From: Alphaproteobacteria bacterium
GTDB taxonomy: Bacteria; Pseudomonadota; Alphaproteobacteria; UBA7985; JAUIBT01
Length of the DNA: 64,000 bases
Assembly: GCA_030428255.1 (NCBI GenBank)
Contig: JAUIBT010000005.1
Coordinates: 308-64,307 of the forward strand
Direction: 5' to 3'
A program made the position numbers and the translations under genes. Below, piece by piece: positions 19,105-30,155 of this stretch. The notes beneath the pieces were generated by a model. That model was not told the origin of the DNA. It searched no databases and saw nothing but the letters and a program-made list of their open reading frames with translations. Each line of letters opens with the position of its first letter. Position 1 is the first letter of the stretch.

Positions 19105-20249
19105 TGCTGGGCTTTTCCCTGTCGCGTTTCTTGGCCGTGCTGGTCAAAGAATTCATCCAAATGCGCCGCGATCGCGTGACTTTTGCCATGATGATCGGCG
19201 TGCCCATCATGCAGCTGATGATCTTTGGCTACGCGATCAACGCCGACCCGCGCCACCTGCCGACCTATGTCGAGGTGCAAGAGCAAAGCCCGATGGCGCG
19301 CGCGATCGTTCACGCCATGCGTGCCTCAAGCTATTTCGATTTCAAGGGCGAGGTGCGGGGCCCTGAGGCCGGGGATCGCCTGCTGCGCGATGGGCGCGCC
19401 AGCTTCGTGTTGGTGATTCCACAAAACTTCCAACGCGACCTGCTGCGGGGCCAGAGCCCCCAGCTCTTGCTGGCCGCCGACGCCTCGGATCCGGCAGCGG
19501 CAGGTGGGGCCACCAACGCCATCGCGCGCATTGCTGAGCAAGCCGTCGCCTCTGTCCTGCGCGGGCCCTTGTCGTCCACCGCACCCCAACTGACCGCTAA
19601 GCCTGCGGCCTTTGAGGTGGTAGTCCACCGCCAGTTCAACCCCGAGGGTCTGACCGCGCTCAATGTGGTGCCTGGGCTGTTGGGCGTGATCTTGTCGATG
19701 ACCATGGTGCTGATTACCTCGGTCGCTATCGTGCGCGAGGCCGAACGCGGCACCATGGAGGCGCTGATCGCCACACCCGTGCGCCCGGCTGAGGTCATGT
19801 TGGGCAAGATCATCCCCTATGTCCTGGTGGGCTATGTGCAAACCGGGGTCTTCTTGATCGCCTCGCGCGCGCTGTTTCAGGTGCCGTTTCTGGGCAGCCC
19901 GCTGGCCTTCTTTTTGGGCTTTAACCTTTATATCGTGGTCAATCTGGCGCTGGGCTTTTTGATCTCAACCTTTGCCAAGAGCCAGATGCAGGCCATGCAG
20001 GTTTCGTTCTTTTTGCTGTTGCCGACGATTTTGCTGTCGGGTTTCATGTTCCCCTTTGCGGCCATGCCCGCTTGGGCTCAGACCATCGGCACGGCCATTC
20101 CCGCGACCCACTTCTTGCGCCTGGTGCGCAAGGTCATGCTGAAGGGCGCGGGCCTGGGTGACATCAGCGGCGATTTGGCAGCGATCTGCGTGATCATGCT
20201 GGTGATTGTTGTGGTGGCCTTGCGTCGCTATCGCCAGACCTTGGATTGA
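19101..20249 (+). CDS. ABC-2 family transporter permease
   Basis: 382 aa with 6 TM helices. TTG at 19101 or ATG at 19104 overlaps the upstream stop. Confidence 0.8.
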   Translation: MMLGFSLSRFLAVLVKEFIQMRRDRVTFAMMIGVPIMQLMIFGYAINADPRHLPTYVEVQEQSPMARAIVHAMRASSYFDFKGEVRGPEAGDRLLRDGRASFVLVIPQNFQRDLLRGQSPQLLLAADASDPAAAGGATNAIARIAEQAVASVLRGPLSSTAPQLTAKPAAFEVVVHRQFNPEGLTALNVVPGLLGVILSMTMVLITSVAIVREAERGTMEALIATPVRPAEVMLGKIIPYVLVGYVQTGVFLIASRALFQVPFLGSPLAFFLGFNLYIVVNLALGFLISTFAKSQMQAMQVSFFLLLPTILLSGFMFPFAAMPAWAQTIGTAIPATHFLRLVRKVMLKGAGLGDISGDLAAICVIMLVIVVVALRRYRQTLD

Positions 20250-20339
20250 CCCAAGTCCGCGCATCGCGCCCCGCGAAATCAGATCGAAGTCGAGCGCGCG
20301 TCTGGTCAAACCAACAGTGTGACACGCGTGCTCGCGGGG

Positions 20340-21314
20340 TTACGCCGCCCGACTGCCGCGCGCATGGAAGATAAAGCCGAGCAGGTTCAACAACAGTTGC
20401 GCCGCCAGTATCTGGGTGGACTCGCTGGGGTCATAAGCCGGCGCTACCTCGACGAGATCAATGCCGACGATATCGCCGCGCTGGGCCAGACCCTGGAGGA
20501 TTTCCAGCACATCGTAGTACAGAAAGCCGCCGTGGCTGGGCGTACCGGTGCCCGCCGCGATCGAGGGGCAAAAGGCGTCAATGTCGATGGTCAGGTAATA
20601 GCGCCGACCTGCGGGAATGCGCTCCAGCACGCCTTGGGTGCCCAGCTTGCGCACCTGGCGCACCGACAGAATGTCCGAACCCTGGGCTCGGGCGTAGTCG
20701 TAGCCTTCTTTGGCGGTCGAGGAGACGTTGCGAATGCCCAGTTGGGTCATGCCGCAAACGTAGTCTTTTTCGATGGCGCGGCGCATGGGGTTGCCGTGGC
20801 CTTGGGTGACGCCGTGGCGCTCGTCCACGAAGTCCAGGTGCGCGTCGATCTGCACCACATGGATGGGGCCCTTGTCGGCGCAGTCTTGATCAAAGGCGCG
20901 CACGCAGGGAATGTTGACCGAATGGTCGCCACCGATCACCAGCGGCAGAGCGCCAGCCTGCAAGATGGCCCGCACGCCCGCCTCGATATTGGCGTGGCTC
21001 TTGTCGGTCAGGGTGTGAACGATGTCGGCGTCGCCGATATCCTGGATGCGCACGCCGTCCAGATAGGTCGCATCGTCCTCGTGGTCATAAGCGCCCGAGT
21101 GGCCGAAGGAGAACAACGTCGAGGCCTCGCGCACCGCGCGGGGGCCAAAGCGCGCGCCCGCCCGCCATTGGGTGCCAAAGTCAAAGGGCGCACCCAGCAC
21201 CGCCACGTCAGCGTCGATGGCGTTCCAGTCGGGTTGATAGGGCGATTTGGCAAAGGTTGAAATGCCAACGAAGGGCAGATTGAGCCGTCCGCTTTGATAG
21301 CCGTGGTTTGCCAT
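20340..21314 (-). CDS. Agmatinase/ureohydrolase (arginase family)
   Basis: Arginase-family Mn-binding motifs (GGDHSV, DAHLD, SIDIDAFCP-type TIDIDAF). Confidence 0.8.
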   Translation of the reverse strand: MANHGYQSGRLNLPFVGISTFAKSPYQPDWNAIDADVAVLGAPFDFGTQWRAGARFGPRAVREASTLFSFGHSGAYDHEDDATYLDGVRIQDIGDADIVHTLTDKSHANIEAGVRAILQAGALPLVIGGDHSVNIPCVRAFDQDCADKGPIHVVQIDAHLDFVDERHGVTQGHGNPMRRAIEKDYVCGMTQLGIRNVSSTAKEGYDYARAQGSDILSVRQVRKLGTQGVLERIPAGRRYYLTIDIDAFCPSIAAGTGTPSHGGFLYYDVLEILQGLAQRGDIVGIDLVEVAPAYDPSESTQILAAQLLLNLLGFIFHARGSRAA

Positions 21315-21391
21315 AGGTCAATCCAGTCGCAAGAAATGGGTGCAGATATCCAGACACAGCGCTGTAAGGAGCTGGTCGGGCGGTGATTGGG

Positions 21392-22525
21392 TTAGAAATT
21401 CACCCGGACCGTGGACTTGATCGAGATCTCGTGATCGTTGCGACCGCCGTTGCCAAGGTCCATGGTAAAATCGCTGTTGACCGTGCCAATGTCCGGATCC
21501 AGGTAGGCGACGCCCGTGGCCAGCGTCAAGCCGTCCGCCAGATCATAGGAGGCACCGCCGTGATAAGCACCGATGGATTGCAAGCGGCCAAAGGGGCTCA
21601 AGCTGGCCATTTTGAGATTTTGCAACTCATAGCCGCCTGCGATCATCAGCGGACCTACGCGATAGGCCAGACCGGTAGACAGGTAGTCGCGCGCCTGCGT
21701 GACAATGGTTCCGGCAGGCAAGCCGAAATTTGGCGACAGATCACGGTCATGGCTTGTGTCGGCGTAAGACGCTCCAAACTGCCAGGGGCCGTAGTCCAGC
21801 CGCGCGGACAGGGCAAAGCCTTGTTCGGCAAAACTGGTGCCCACATGGATGTCCAGGGTGGCAAAATCGAGCGTGTAGGCCGCGCCCGCAGACCAAAGGC
21901 CGTCGTCGTCCACAGCGCCTGCAAAGTCCAGGCCGAAGACCGAGTTGCCGTAAAATGCGACCTCGCCCTCGTGTTCGACGAAGGAGTCGATCTCCATGGC
22001 CCCATGCGCCAACACCGGAACCTGCAATTGCTGTTCGGCCATGCCCGCTGAGCCCGTGTCGCCCAGAGCGATATAGCCCAAAGCCGAATCAAAATAGAGA
22101 TAGCCGTCGTTAAAGGTCACAAGGTCTTGGTCCAGCGCGTCCTCGTCCTCAATCAAGCTTTTGGTCAGCGGCAGACCTGCTAGCAGGCCCAGTGGATCAA
22201 AGCCGCGCCCGGTGGTGCCGTTGGTGGCGTCCTTGTCGTCGTCGGACTGCTCCAGGTCCAATTCAAAGTGAATGCCCAAATCTATGCCGGATTTCGACTG
22301 CCAGCCCGCGTTGACCTCCAGGCGACCGTCGATGACAAAATCCAGGTTGGAGACATCGGAATCAGCATCGACACGGTCAAAGTTATAGGCTTCTGCTTCC
22401 AAAAAGCCGCCGATTGTCAGGTATTGCGCGGCGGCCGGAGCGCCCCAAAGCAGAGCTGTCAGGGGCGTGGCCAGCAGGCCAAGCAGCAAATAAGTCCGTG
22501 TGGTCGGGGCTCCAAATCTGAGCAT
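21392..22525 (-). CDS. Outer-membrane porin (Rhodobacter-type general porin family)
   Basis: 377 aa. Signal peptide (LLGLLATPLTALLWGAPAAAQ). Highly acidic, Gly/Asp-rich beta-strand pattern. C-terminal ...STVRVNF. Confidence 0.75.
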   Translation of the reverse strand: MLRFGAPTTRTYLLLGLLATPLTALLWGAPAAAQYLTIGGFLEAEAYNFDRVDADSDVSNLDFVIDGRLEVNAGWQSKSGIDLGIHFELDLEQSDDDKDATNGTTGRGFDPLGLLAGLPLTKSLIEDEDALDQDLVTFNDGYLYFDSALGYIALGDTGSAGMAEQQLQVPVLAHGAMEIDSFVEHEGEVAFYGNSVFGLDFAGAVDDDGLWSAGAAYTLDFATLDIHVGTSFAEQGFALSARLDYGPWQFGASYADTSHDRDLSPNFGLPAGTIVTQARDYLSTGLAYRVGPLMIAGGYELQNLKMASLSPFGRLQSIGAYHGGASYDLADGLTLATGVAYLDPDIGTVNSDFTMDLGNGGRNDHEISIKSTVRVNF

Positions 22526-22849
22526 AGTCGTCTCGAATCACTTAAAACATAGAGGCCAAACAGGCCCAAATAAAAAGCAGTGGCCTGGGCCGTCGCGCTG
22601 GGCCAATGCCAGTGTTCGCGCGGGCGCAGTCCTTGAAAATACCAGCAGAGTGCCACAACCAGAAGTTGAATGCAAGCAAAAGCGAAAGCGGTCGATTTCG
22701 CTGGGCCTCCGCAATAAGGAATTTTCCAAGGCGCACGCTGGCGAGGCTAGGCAGCTCCGCGTCGCTCGGTTAAGCATGTGGGCCCAATTCGAAGACCCCG
22801 TCTCGAAGCTGCGTGCCGGATCGCTGTGCGCAAACAAGAAAGCCTTTGC

Positions 22850-24115
22850 ATGTCATCTCCCCAGCCCCGCGCCACCCAAGCAGACAACCAACCGGTTGAA
22901 AGCGGCGGCTACAGCCAGCTCTTCTTGTTTGTCGCGGTCTTCTTGCCCTTCTCGCTGGCTTATTTCTTTTCCTATCTGGTGCGCAACGTCAACGCCACGC
23001 TCAGCGCCACGCTGACCGACGCCTTCCAGTTGGGCAAGGCCGAGCTGGGCACCATGACAGCGGCCTACTTCTTTTCCTTTACTTTGGCGCAGGTGCCTTT
23101 GGGCCTGGCCATGGACCGCTTTGGCCCGCGCCTTGTGCAGTCGCTCCTTTACGCTGTGGCGGCGGCGGGCTGTGTCTGCTTTGCGCTGGCCGACGGCTTT
23201 GTCATGCTGACGCTGGGACGCTTCTTGATCGGTCTGGGCGTGGCAGGCGGCTTGATGTGCGGCCTCAAAGCCATGTCGCTCTGGTTTGCGCGCGAACGGC
23301 TGTATTTCCTCAACAATCTCATGCTGGCTTTTGGCGGCTTGGGCTCCATGGCGGCCACGGTCCCGATCCAGTGGCTGGATGCGCATTTGCCCTGGCCGAT
23401 GATCTTCTGGGGGCTGGCTGCTGTGGCTCTGCTGGTGCCCGCCAGCCTGCTGCTGGTGACGCCGGAAAAGCCGCGCCGAGTTGGCAAAGCGCCGGGGCTC
23501 AGCGGGCTTTGGGCCATCGCCTGCCAGCCAGCCTTTTATCACCTGGTGCCCGGTATGTGCTTTGGCATGGGCGCGGGCATGGCCATTCAGTCGCTGTGGA
23601 TGGGGCCTTGGATCGATGATATTTTGCAAGTCTCAGCAGCGACCAAAAGCTGGTTCTTGCTGGCCATCAACGGCTTTTTTGTCCTCACCGCACTGGCGCT
23701 GGGCTGGATTACGGCCAGGCTGGCGCGGTTGGGCCTGCGCACCGAGGCCGTGATGATCGGCGGATTGGTGCTGGGCGGGGCCTCCTTGCTGCTGCTCACC
23801 GTTCTGCCGCCTTGGATCGCGCTGGGCATGTTTGCATTGACCATCACCATGCAGAACGCCTGTTTCTTGATCTATGCCTATATGACCCACCGCCTGGGCC
23901 CAGAGATGGCCGGGCGTTCGAATGCGCTGATCAACACCCTGCTGTTTGCGGGGGTTTGGGCCATCTTGAGCCTGCTGGGTGTGGTGATCGACGCGGTCAC
24001 CGCGTCTGGCGGCAGCCTGGCACAGGGCTATGCGCTGGGGTTCTGGATGCTGTCGGGCGGCTGCGGCCTGTCGATTGCCTGGGCGCTTTGGGGGCTCAAG
24101 CGCGGCCTCGTCTAG
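22850..24115 (+). CDS. MFS transporter
   Basis: 12 predicted TM helices. MFS motif region GLAMDRFGPR. Confidence 0.75.
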   Translation: MSSPQPRATQADNQPVESGGYSQLFLFVAVFLPFSLAYFFSYLVRNVNATLSATLTDAFQLGKAELGTMTAAYFFSFTLAQVPLGLAMDRFGPRLVQSLLYAVAAAGCVCFALADGFVMLTLGRFLIGLGVAGGLMCGLKAMSLWFARERLYFLNNLMLAFGGLGSMAATVPIQWLDAHLPWPMIFWGLAAVALLVPASLLLVTPEKPRRVGKAPGLSGLWAIACQPAFYHLVPGMCFGMGAGMAIQSLWMGPWIDDILQVSAATKSWFLLAINGFFVLTALALGWITARLARLGLRTEAVMIGGLVLGGASLLLLTVLPPWIALGMFALTITMQNACFLIYAYMTHRLGPEMAGRSNALINTLLFAGVWAILSLLGVVIDAVTASGGSLAQGYALGFWMLSGGCGLSIAWALWGLKRGLV

Positions 24116-24321
24116 GCCTGGCCGAGGGGTCTTCTGGGCTTGGGTAGCGTCCGCGCACCACAGATCTCTGTTGCAACATGCATTTTACGCTTTGGTGATT
24201 CCACTCAGCTCGCAGCCCTGGCGCGTGCGCTGTTGGCTTGTGCCCGGACATGGCGCACAGCCAGGCCCGCATCCGCCAAGACCTTACATGAAAAAAGAGC
24301 CCGCCTGCCAAAGGAGACCCC

Positions 24322-26298
24322 ATGCCACGCTCATCCAATTCGAACCCCCTTGCTGTGCCCCGCTGGGCGCTGCTTGCTGGCGGTCTTGTTCTCTCCGGCG
24401 CCATCTTGCCCGGTCTTGCGGTTGCGCAGGACGACAGCACCCAAAGCGCCACACCAGAAGCGGCGATGAGCGCTGAAGCGCTGAAGAGCGAGCTGTTGAT
24501 CTCGCTCGCTCAGCCCTTGCCGATCACCATCATTGGCCCGCTCATGGCTCCGGATATCCAAGTGGAAACGAGCGGCGAGACCAGCCAGGTCACGCTGCCC
24601 GGTGCGCGCGTCATGGGCATCATCCCCTTGGGCGATGTCACCTTTGGCCTGAAGGACTTGGGAAACAAGCGCTTTGAGCTGACCGACTTTCGCTTGCCCT
24701 CGCTCATCGAGCTGGGCGGCGGCATGCAGCTCAGCATAGGCGAGACCAGCATGAGCGGTGTGTGGTCCTTCGAAACAAGGTCCTACGAAAGCATGCGCCT
24801 TAGCTTGGACAAGGTGGCGATCAGCGCCGCTGGTGGCAGCGTTGAGATGGCGCGGCTAGGTCGTCTGGAGCTGGCGATTGACCAACAGGGCAAGCAAAAC
24901 ATTGATGCCAGTTTGCTAAGCATTCGCGGGCAGAATTTGACGGCAGATGTCCCAGATCTTGGCCCGCTAATCGCCGGGGAGATTTCGGCGCGCGTGCTGG
25001 TGAAGACCGGCCAGCCCCTGGATTTGCAATCGCTGATCACGCGCTCGATGCAATCGGCCTTTTTCGCGCCCGACCAAAGCAAGCTGATGGGCTTGATGAG
25101 CTTCTTGCAAGAGCGCCGCTATGACCTGTTGCAGATCGAGGTCAGCTTGCACGACCTTGACGCCTCCTTTGAAGATGCGCCTTTGCGCGCCGGGCTTGCC
25201 AGCCTGCGCATTGATGGCTCGGACCTAACGCTGGGTGAGCTGGGCCGCCTGTCTGTCACCACCTCGGCGCAGGATCTCAGCTTTAAGCCCGACGATGATG
25301 TGACCATCGCCTTAGGACAAGGTGACAGCTCGATTGCGCTGTCGGGTCTGTCGGTCGCCAAGATCCTGCAAGCGGTGCAGCAGATCGAGGCGGCAAGCCG
25401 CGGCCAGACGGTTGAGGCCAGCGTCGCCGATCTCTATGACGCCTTCCTAGGCTTTGACGATCTCAGCCTCAGCTTGGACATGAACGATTTTTCTGCCGTC
25501 AATCCCGAGGATGACGATCTGGAATCCTTTGGATTCCGCAGCTTGTCTCTGGCCGAGCGCTTTGCGGGCTTCAAAGAGCGTCGCGGCGAAATCAGCCTGA
25601 ATTGGTACTTGGACGGCTTTGACGTCAAACTGCCCGTGCTCAAGCCCGTCTTTCGCTATGAATACAACGCCGACAGCGGTGAATATGAGCGTAGCGACGA
25701 ACCCGTGCCGCCCAGCGAGCGCGAAAAGGCCGAGCGCGCCTTGCAAAACCGTATGGTCGATCTGCTGGCGCCGGACAGCATGACCGTCAACCTGGGAGCC
25801 TCCAACTTGGGCGATGCGCTGGCCTACGACATCATGAAGGGCCTCAAGGTCGATGAAAACTTAGAGATCACTTGGGTGGCCTTGCTGGCCGTCTTGCCGA
25901 CTTTGGAAATCAAAGTGCGCGGCGACATGGGCTATCGCACCCAGAGTGCCGCCATGGCGTTCAACAGCGATTTGACCTTTGTGCCCATGCGGGCTTTGTC
26001 CTTCAACGCCTACAGCGGTCAGCAGACCACACGCTTTGATGGTTGGTCGGCCTTCACCAGTGAAGCGCGGGCGCTGATCGCTGAGGTCGAAGACGAGGCC
26101 CTGTTGGCCTTTGACCCCTATGTGGCTGTCATGCAGGCCTTTGGCCGCGCTGAGGGTGAGGATAGCTTGGTCTGGGATATCACCATGGACGGCGAGAAGG
26201 ATTACATGCTGATCAATGACCGCCGCTTCTATATCCCCAACATCTCCGCCTTGATCGGACTGCCGACCTTCATGGACATGATGGACGACATGTTCTGA
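24322..26298 (+). CDS. Large secreted hypothetical protein (658 aa), alphaproteobacterial DUF-type
   Basis: AAGGAG RBS and a signal peptide (WALLAGGLVLSGAILPGLAVAQ). Acidic protein with no catalytic motif recognised. A partial paralog sits at 63495-64000. Confidence 0.6.
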   Translation: MPRSSNSNPLAVPRWALLAGGLVLSGAILPGLAVAQDDSTQSATPEAAMSAEALKSELLISLAQPLPITIIGPLMAPDIQVETSGETSQVTLPGARVMGIIPLGDVTFGLKDLGNKRFELTDFRLPSLIELGGGMQLSIGETSMSGVWSFETRSYESMRLSLDKVAISAAGGSVEMARLGRLELAIDQQGKQNIDASLLSIRGQNLTADVPDLGPLIAGEISARVLVKTGQPLDLQSLITRSMQSAFFAPDQSKLMGLMSFLQERRYDLLQIEVSLHDLDASFEDAPLRAGLASLRIDGSDLTLGELGRLSVTTSAQDLSFKPDDDVTIALGQGDSSIALSGLSVAKILQAVQQIEAASRGQTVEASVADLYDAFLGFDDLSLSLDMNDFSAVNPEDDDLESFGFRSLSLAERFAGFKERRGEISLNWYLDGFDVKLPVLKPVFRYEYNADSGEYERSDEPVPPSEREKAERALQNRMVDLLAPDSMTVNLGASNLGDALAYDIMKGLKVDENLEITWVALLAVLPTLEIKVRGDMGYRTQSAAMAFNSDLTFVPMRALSFNAYSGQQTTRFDGWSAFTSEARALIAEVEDEALLAFDPYVAVMQAFGRAEGEDSLVWDITMDGEKDYMLINDRRFYIPNISALIGLPTFMDMMDDMF

Positions 26299-26322
26299 TT
26301 GCCATTCTGAATCGCGGAAAAA

Positions 26323-26362
26323 CAAACCCCTTGAGAGCCCGCTCGCTCCCAGGGGGTTTTGT
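26323..26362. terminator. Bidirectional terminator hairpin (AACCCC...GGGGGTTTTGTG) between convergent genes
   Basis: A-run, compound GC hairpin and T-run, between the secreted-protein gene and hslU. Confidence 0.45.
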
Positions 26363-26419
26363 GTAGGCGGGTTTTGTGTTGGCTGGGTTCAGATTTGTGG
26401 TGAGTGTGACCTGGAACCT

Positions 26420-27748
26420 CTAAAGAATAAAGCGGCTGAGGTCGGCGCTTTGGGCCAGGGGAGCAACCCGCTCGGCCACCATATCGGCGGTGATCTCCAC
26501 GCTTTGCCCGCCCATATCCGAGGCCTGGAAGGAGATATCGTCGAGCAAGCGTTCCAGCACTGTGTGCAGGCGGCGCGCGCCGATGTTCTCGACCGACTGG
26601 TTGATCTCGGCCGACAGCTTGGCCAGCGCGTCGATCGCCTCTTCGGTGAAGCTCAGCGTTACGCGTTCGGTGCCCAGCAGCGCCGTGTACTGCTTGATCA
26701 AGGAGTTCTCAGGCTCGCGCAAAATGCGACCGAAGTCGGCTTGATTCAGGGCCTGCAATTCAACGCGGATCGGCAGGCGGCCTTGCAGCTCGGGCAGCAG
26801 GTCGGCGGGCTTGGCGACGTGAAAGGCACCTGAGGCAATAAACAAGATGTAGTCGGTCTTAACCGGCCCGTATTTGGTGGCCACTGTGGTGCCCTCGATC
26901 ATTGGCAGCAGGTCACGTTGCACGCCCTCGCGCGAGACATCGCCGCCACGCCGCTCGGTCGAGCCCGCCACCTTGTCGATCTCGTCGATAAAGACGATGC
27001 CGTGCTGTTCGACGGCGTTCAGCGCCTCCAGTTTGATTTCGTCCTCGTCGATCATCGCGCCGGACTCCTCTTGGATCAGCGCTTCATAGGCGTCGGCCAC
27101 CTTCAGCTTGCGCCGTCGGGTCGGCTTGTGGCCCATCTTGCCCAGCATTTCGCCCAGGTTGATGGCCGAAAACGACGCCCCCGGCATGCCGGGCATTTCG
27201 AACATGGGCATGCCTGCGTTGCCGCTGTCGGCCAGCTCCAACTCGATCTCGGTCTGATCCATCGACCCTTCGCGCAGGCGCTTGCGGAACTTCTGGCGGG
27301 TCTCTTCGCTGGCGGTATTGCCCACAAGCGCATCCAGCACGCGATCCTCGGCCTTGATCGCGGCCTTGGCACGCACGGACTTGACCTTTTCTTCGCGCAG
27401 CATGGAGAAGGCGACCTCGACCAGATCGCGGATCATGCTTTCAACATCGCGGCCGACATAGCCGACCTCGGTGAACTTGGTGGCCTCGACCTTCAAGAAG
27501 GGGGCCTTGGCCAGTTTGGCCAAGCGGCGGGCGATCTCGGTTTTGCCGACGCCGGTTGGGCCAATCATCAGAATATTCTTGGGCAGGATTTCGTCGCGCA
27601 TCTCGGGGCTGAGCTGCTGGCGCCGCCAGCGATTGCGCAGGGCGATGGCCACCGCGCGTTTGGCGTCGTTCTGGCCGACGATAAAGCGGTCAAGTTCGGA
27701 GACGATTTCACGCGGAGAGTAGGCCGCTGCGGTCATAAGGCTGCTCAT
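26420..27748 (-). CDS. hslU: ATP-dependent protease ATPase subunit HslU
   Basis: Walker [18 protein letters not shown]-domain and sensor motifs. Confidence 0.9.
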   Translation of the reverse strand: MSSLMTAAAYSPREIVSELDRFIVGQNDAKRAVAIALRNRWRRQQLSPEMRDEILPKNILMIGPTGVGKTEIARRLAKLAKAPFLKVEATKFTEVGYVGRDVESMIRDLVEVAFSMLREEKVKSVRAKAAIKAEDRVLDALVGNTASEETRQKFRKRLREGSMDQTEIELELADSGNAGMPMFEMPGMPGASFSAINLGEMLGKMGHKPTRRRKLKVADAYEALIQEESGAMIDEDEIKLEALNAVEQHGIVFIDEIDKVAGSTERRGGDVSREGVQRDLLPMIEGTTVATKYGPVKTDYILFIASGAFHVAKPADLLPELQGRLPIRVELQALNQADFGRILREPENSLIKQYTALLGTERVTLSFTEEAIDALAKLSAEINQSVENIGARRLHTVLERLLDDISFQASDMGGQSVEITADMVAERVAPLAQSADLSRFIL

Positions 27749-28302
27749 GATAGGCTATCAACCACCAGATTGTTGTTGGTATAGACACAGATGTCGGCTG
27801 CGATAGCCATGGCTTTGCGCGCGATGGCTTCGGCCTCCATCGGCTGATCGGCCAAGGCACGTGCGGCGGCCAGGGCGTAGTTGCCGCCCGAGCCGATGGC
27901 GGCAATGCCGTCCTCGGGCTCCAGCACGTCGCCGTTGCCGGTGATGACCAGGCTAACGTCGCGATCCACGACGATCATCATGGCTTGCAGTTGACGCAGG
28001 TATTTATCCATGCGCCAGTCCTTCGCTAGCTCGACCGCAGCACGGGTCAGTTGGCCGGGGTAGGCCTCCAGTTTGGCCTCCAGGCGCTCGAACAGGGTAA
28101 AGGCATCGGCGGTCGCCCCTGCAAAGCCCGCGATCACCTCTTGGGATTTGCCCAAACGGCGCACCTTGCGCGCGCTGGCCTTGATTACAGTATCGCCTAG
28201 CGAGACCTGGCCGTCGCCCGCAATCACAACCTTTCCGTCCTTGCGGACCGATAAAATGGTGGTGGCGTGCATCGAGCGCGGGGGCGAAGAGCTGTTGGTC
28301 AT
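27745..28302 (-). CDS. hslV: ATP-dependent protease subunit HslV
   Basis: Start chosen at [23 protein letters not shown]: a short propeptide followed by the catalytic [24 protein letters not shown]. The ORF track extends the ORF to 28587. Overlaps the hslU start. Confidence 0.85.
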   Translation of the reverse strand: MTNSSSPPRSMHATTILSVRKDGKVVIAGDGQVSLGDTVIKASARKVRRLGKSQEVIAGFAGATADAFTLFERLEAKLEAYPGQLTRAAVELAKDWRMDKYLRQLQAMMIVVDRDVSLVITGNGDVLEPEDGIAAIGSGGNYALAAARALADQPMEAEAIARKAMAIAADICVYTNNNLVVDSLS

Positions 28303-28741
28303 GCGCGAAAGGGCCTCATGTTTCGGGGGGCTGCTGCGGCGCGAGGGCCGCGCGAACCTGATAGATAGGCCCAGTGTGCCGCGATATAAAGACCCTGGCG
28401 TTATCGCGATGCTTTGCAGGAGTCTGCGCCGCTCACTGGCCCTCACATCTCGGTTTAAATGTGACGGATGTTGAAACAAAAATTGCGCGCGTATGGCACA
28501 CAATTCACGCTTAAGGTGCTTGTTGTTGCCCGATGACACTGGCACAAATCGCGGCAGACAGCAGTGCTTAGGCCTTGAGCTGACCACCTAAAGCTCCTAG
28601 ATAGGGCGTAGCGCAGAAGGCCGGGACATCGGCTCACCGCCGCCGTTTGCCGCAAGAGCAAGCGCGAAACAATCAAAGTCTCGCCCCTGTCCGCCATCGC
28701 GTAGGGCACGCAAACGTCGAAACACACTGGAGGTATCAATC

Positions 28742-29359
28742 ATGAATGCATTGGCACGAGTTCAAGCTTTGGGTCAGACACCGCACATTGAGCGTCTGAG
28801 CGCGTTGGACGCCAATGATCTGCATGATATCTGCAATGCCGCTGATGAAGCGATCCGCGAAGGCGGTGGATTTGGCTGGGTTGAACCGCCGATCCGCAAC
28901 GTGATGGAGCAATATTGGCAAGGCCTGTGCCTGGTTCCGGGCATCGATGTCTGGTTGGCGCGCCTGGATGGCGTACTGGTCGGCTCGATCCAGCTCAAGC
29001 ACATGCCGGCCAACAACCAGGCCCAGCGGCACATTGGCCAAATCACCACGTCTTTCGTTGCGCCTTGGGCCCGCGGCCATGGTTTGGCCCGCGGCTTGCT
29101 GATCACCGCCCTGCAATCAGCGCAGCAAGAAGGCCTAAAAGAGGTTATGCTCGACGTGCGCGAGACCCAAAAGGCCGCGATCCACGTCTATGAATCGCTG
29201 GGCTTTACCTGCTGGGGCACCCACCCACGCTATGCGCTGGTGAACGGCAGCTATGTCGCGGGCCGTTTCTATTCGCTCGAGCTTGAGGCGCACGACTTCT
29301 TGGCGATGGAGGCCCTTCCCGGTGCCCAAGCGCGCCAAGCGAGCCTGGTTGCCGAATAA
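28742..29359 (+). CDS. GNAT family N-acetyltransferase
   Basis: Acetyl-CoA binding motif region (GLARGLLITALQSAQQEGLKEVMLDVRETQKAAIHVYESLGF). Confidence 0.75.
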   Translation: MNALARVQALGQTPHIERLSALDANDLHDICNAADEAIREGGGFGWVEPPIRNVMEQYWQGLCLVPGIDVWLARLDGVLVGSIQLKHMPANNQAQRHIGQITTSFVAPWARGHGLARGLLITALQSAQQEGLKEVMLDVRETQKAAIHVYESLGFTCWGTHPRYALVNGSYVAGRFYSLELEAHDFLAMEALPGAQARQASLVAE

Positions 29360-29798
29360 GCCCAAAACCAAAGGCCAGAGACAACAGAGATCAGAGCGCA
29401 CCAAGCCCTCGTCTTGCGGCGTCTACTGCTGTCACACCCCCTCCAAGATCGTGAAACGCAGGCGCCGCAAGCACGTCAGGCTCCAGTGCGGCTTGACCAA
29501 GGGCCTGGCCTGACGCCCGGCCCAAGTTTGCCATGCGACGCGGCGGCCTGCTCGCAATCCTTGGTGGCAGAACCCCTAGCTCGAGCTCTTGCTGGCCTTG
29601 CAATACCCTAGACAAAGGCGGAACATTCGCGTCTAAATTGGGAACTGGCAGAATATTTTTGCATCGAAATCAGGTGTTTGTCACGGTTTAGCGATCCGGT
29701 GGTGATCGGCCCATAGGCGTCGATCAAGCGGCTGATCCAAGCCCTTCCATTGGCACCAGCGCCCCGCCGTTTGCCGACATTGAGGTTGAGAGCCGTTC

Positions 29799-30155
29799 AT
29801 GGCCTACGATAGCAACAACATATTTGCCAAAATTCTTCGCGGCGAGATTCCCTGCAAAAAGGTTGCTGAGAGCGCTCATAGCTTGGCATTTGAAGATATC
29901 GACCCCAAGGCGCCGGTGCATGTGCTGGTCATCCCAAAAGGGGCCTACGTTTCACAACACGACTTTGCCGAACATGCCTCGGCTGAAGAGATACAAGATT
30001 TTTGGCGCTGCGTGCGCCAGGTGGCCGAACAGGCCGGGGTGGCCGAGTCCGGTTATCGCACAATTTCCAATCACGGCGCGGACGCGCTGCAAGAGGTTCC
30101 ACACTATCATTTGCACGTTCTGGGTGGGCGTCCACTCAAGGTAATGATTCGTTAG
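29799..30155 (+). CDS. HIT (histidine triad) family protein
   Basis: 118 aa. C-terminal HxHxH triad (VPHYHLHVLGG). Confidence 0.85.
   Translation: MAYDSNNIFAKILRGEIPCKKVAESAHSLAFEDIDPKAPVHVLVIPKGAYVSQHDFAEHASAEEIQDFWRCVRQVAEQAGVAESGYRTISNHGADALQEVPHYHLHVLGGRPLKVMIR

Noticed and set aside
28303-28587. Long N-terminal extension of the HslV ORF (280 aa in the ORF track)
   Set aside because: HslV is about 180 aa. The extension has no similarity to HslV. An internal ATG at 28302 gives the [19 protein letters not shown] propeptide-plus-catalytic-Thr arrangement seen in alphaproteobacterial HslV.
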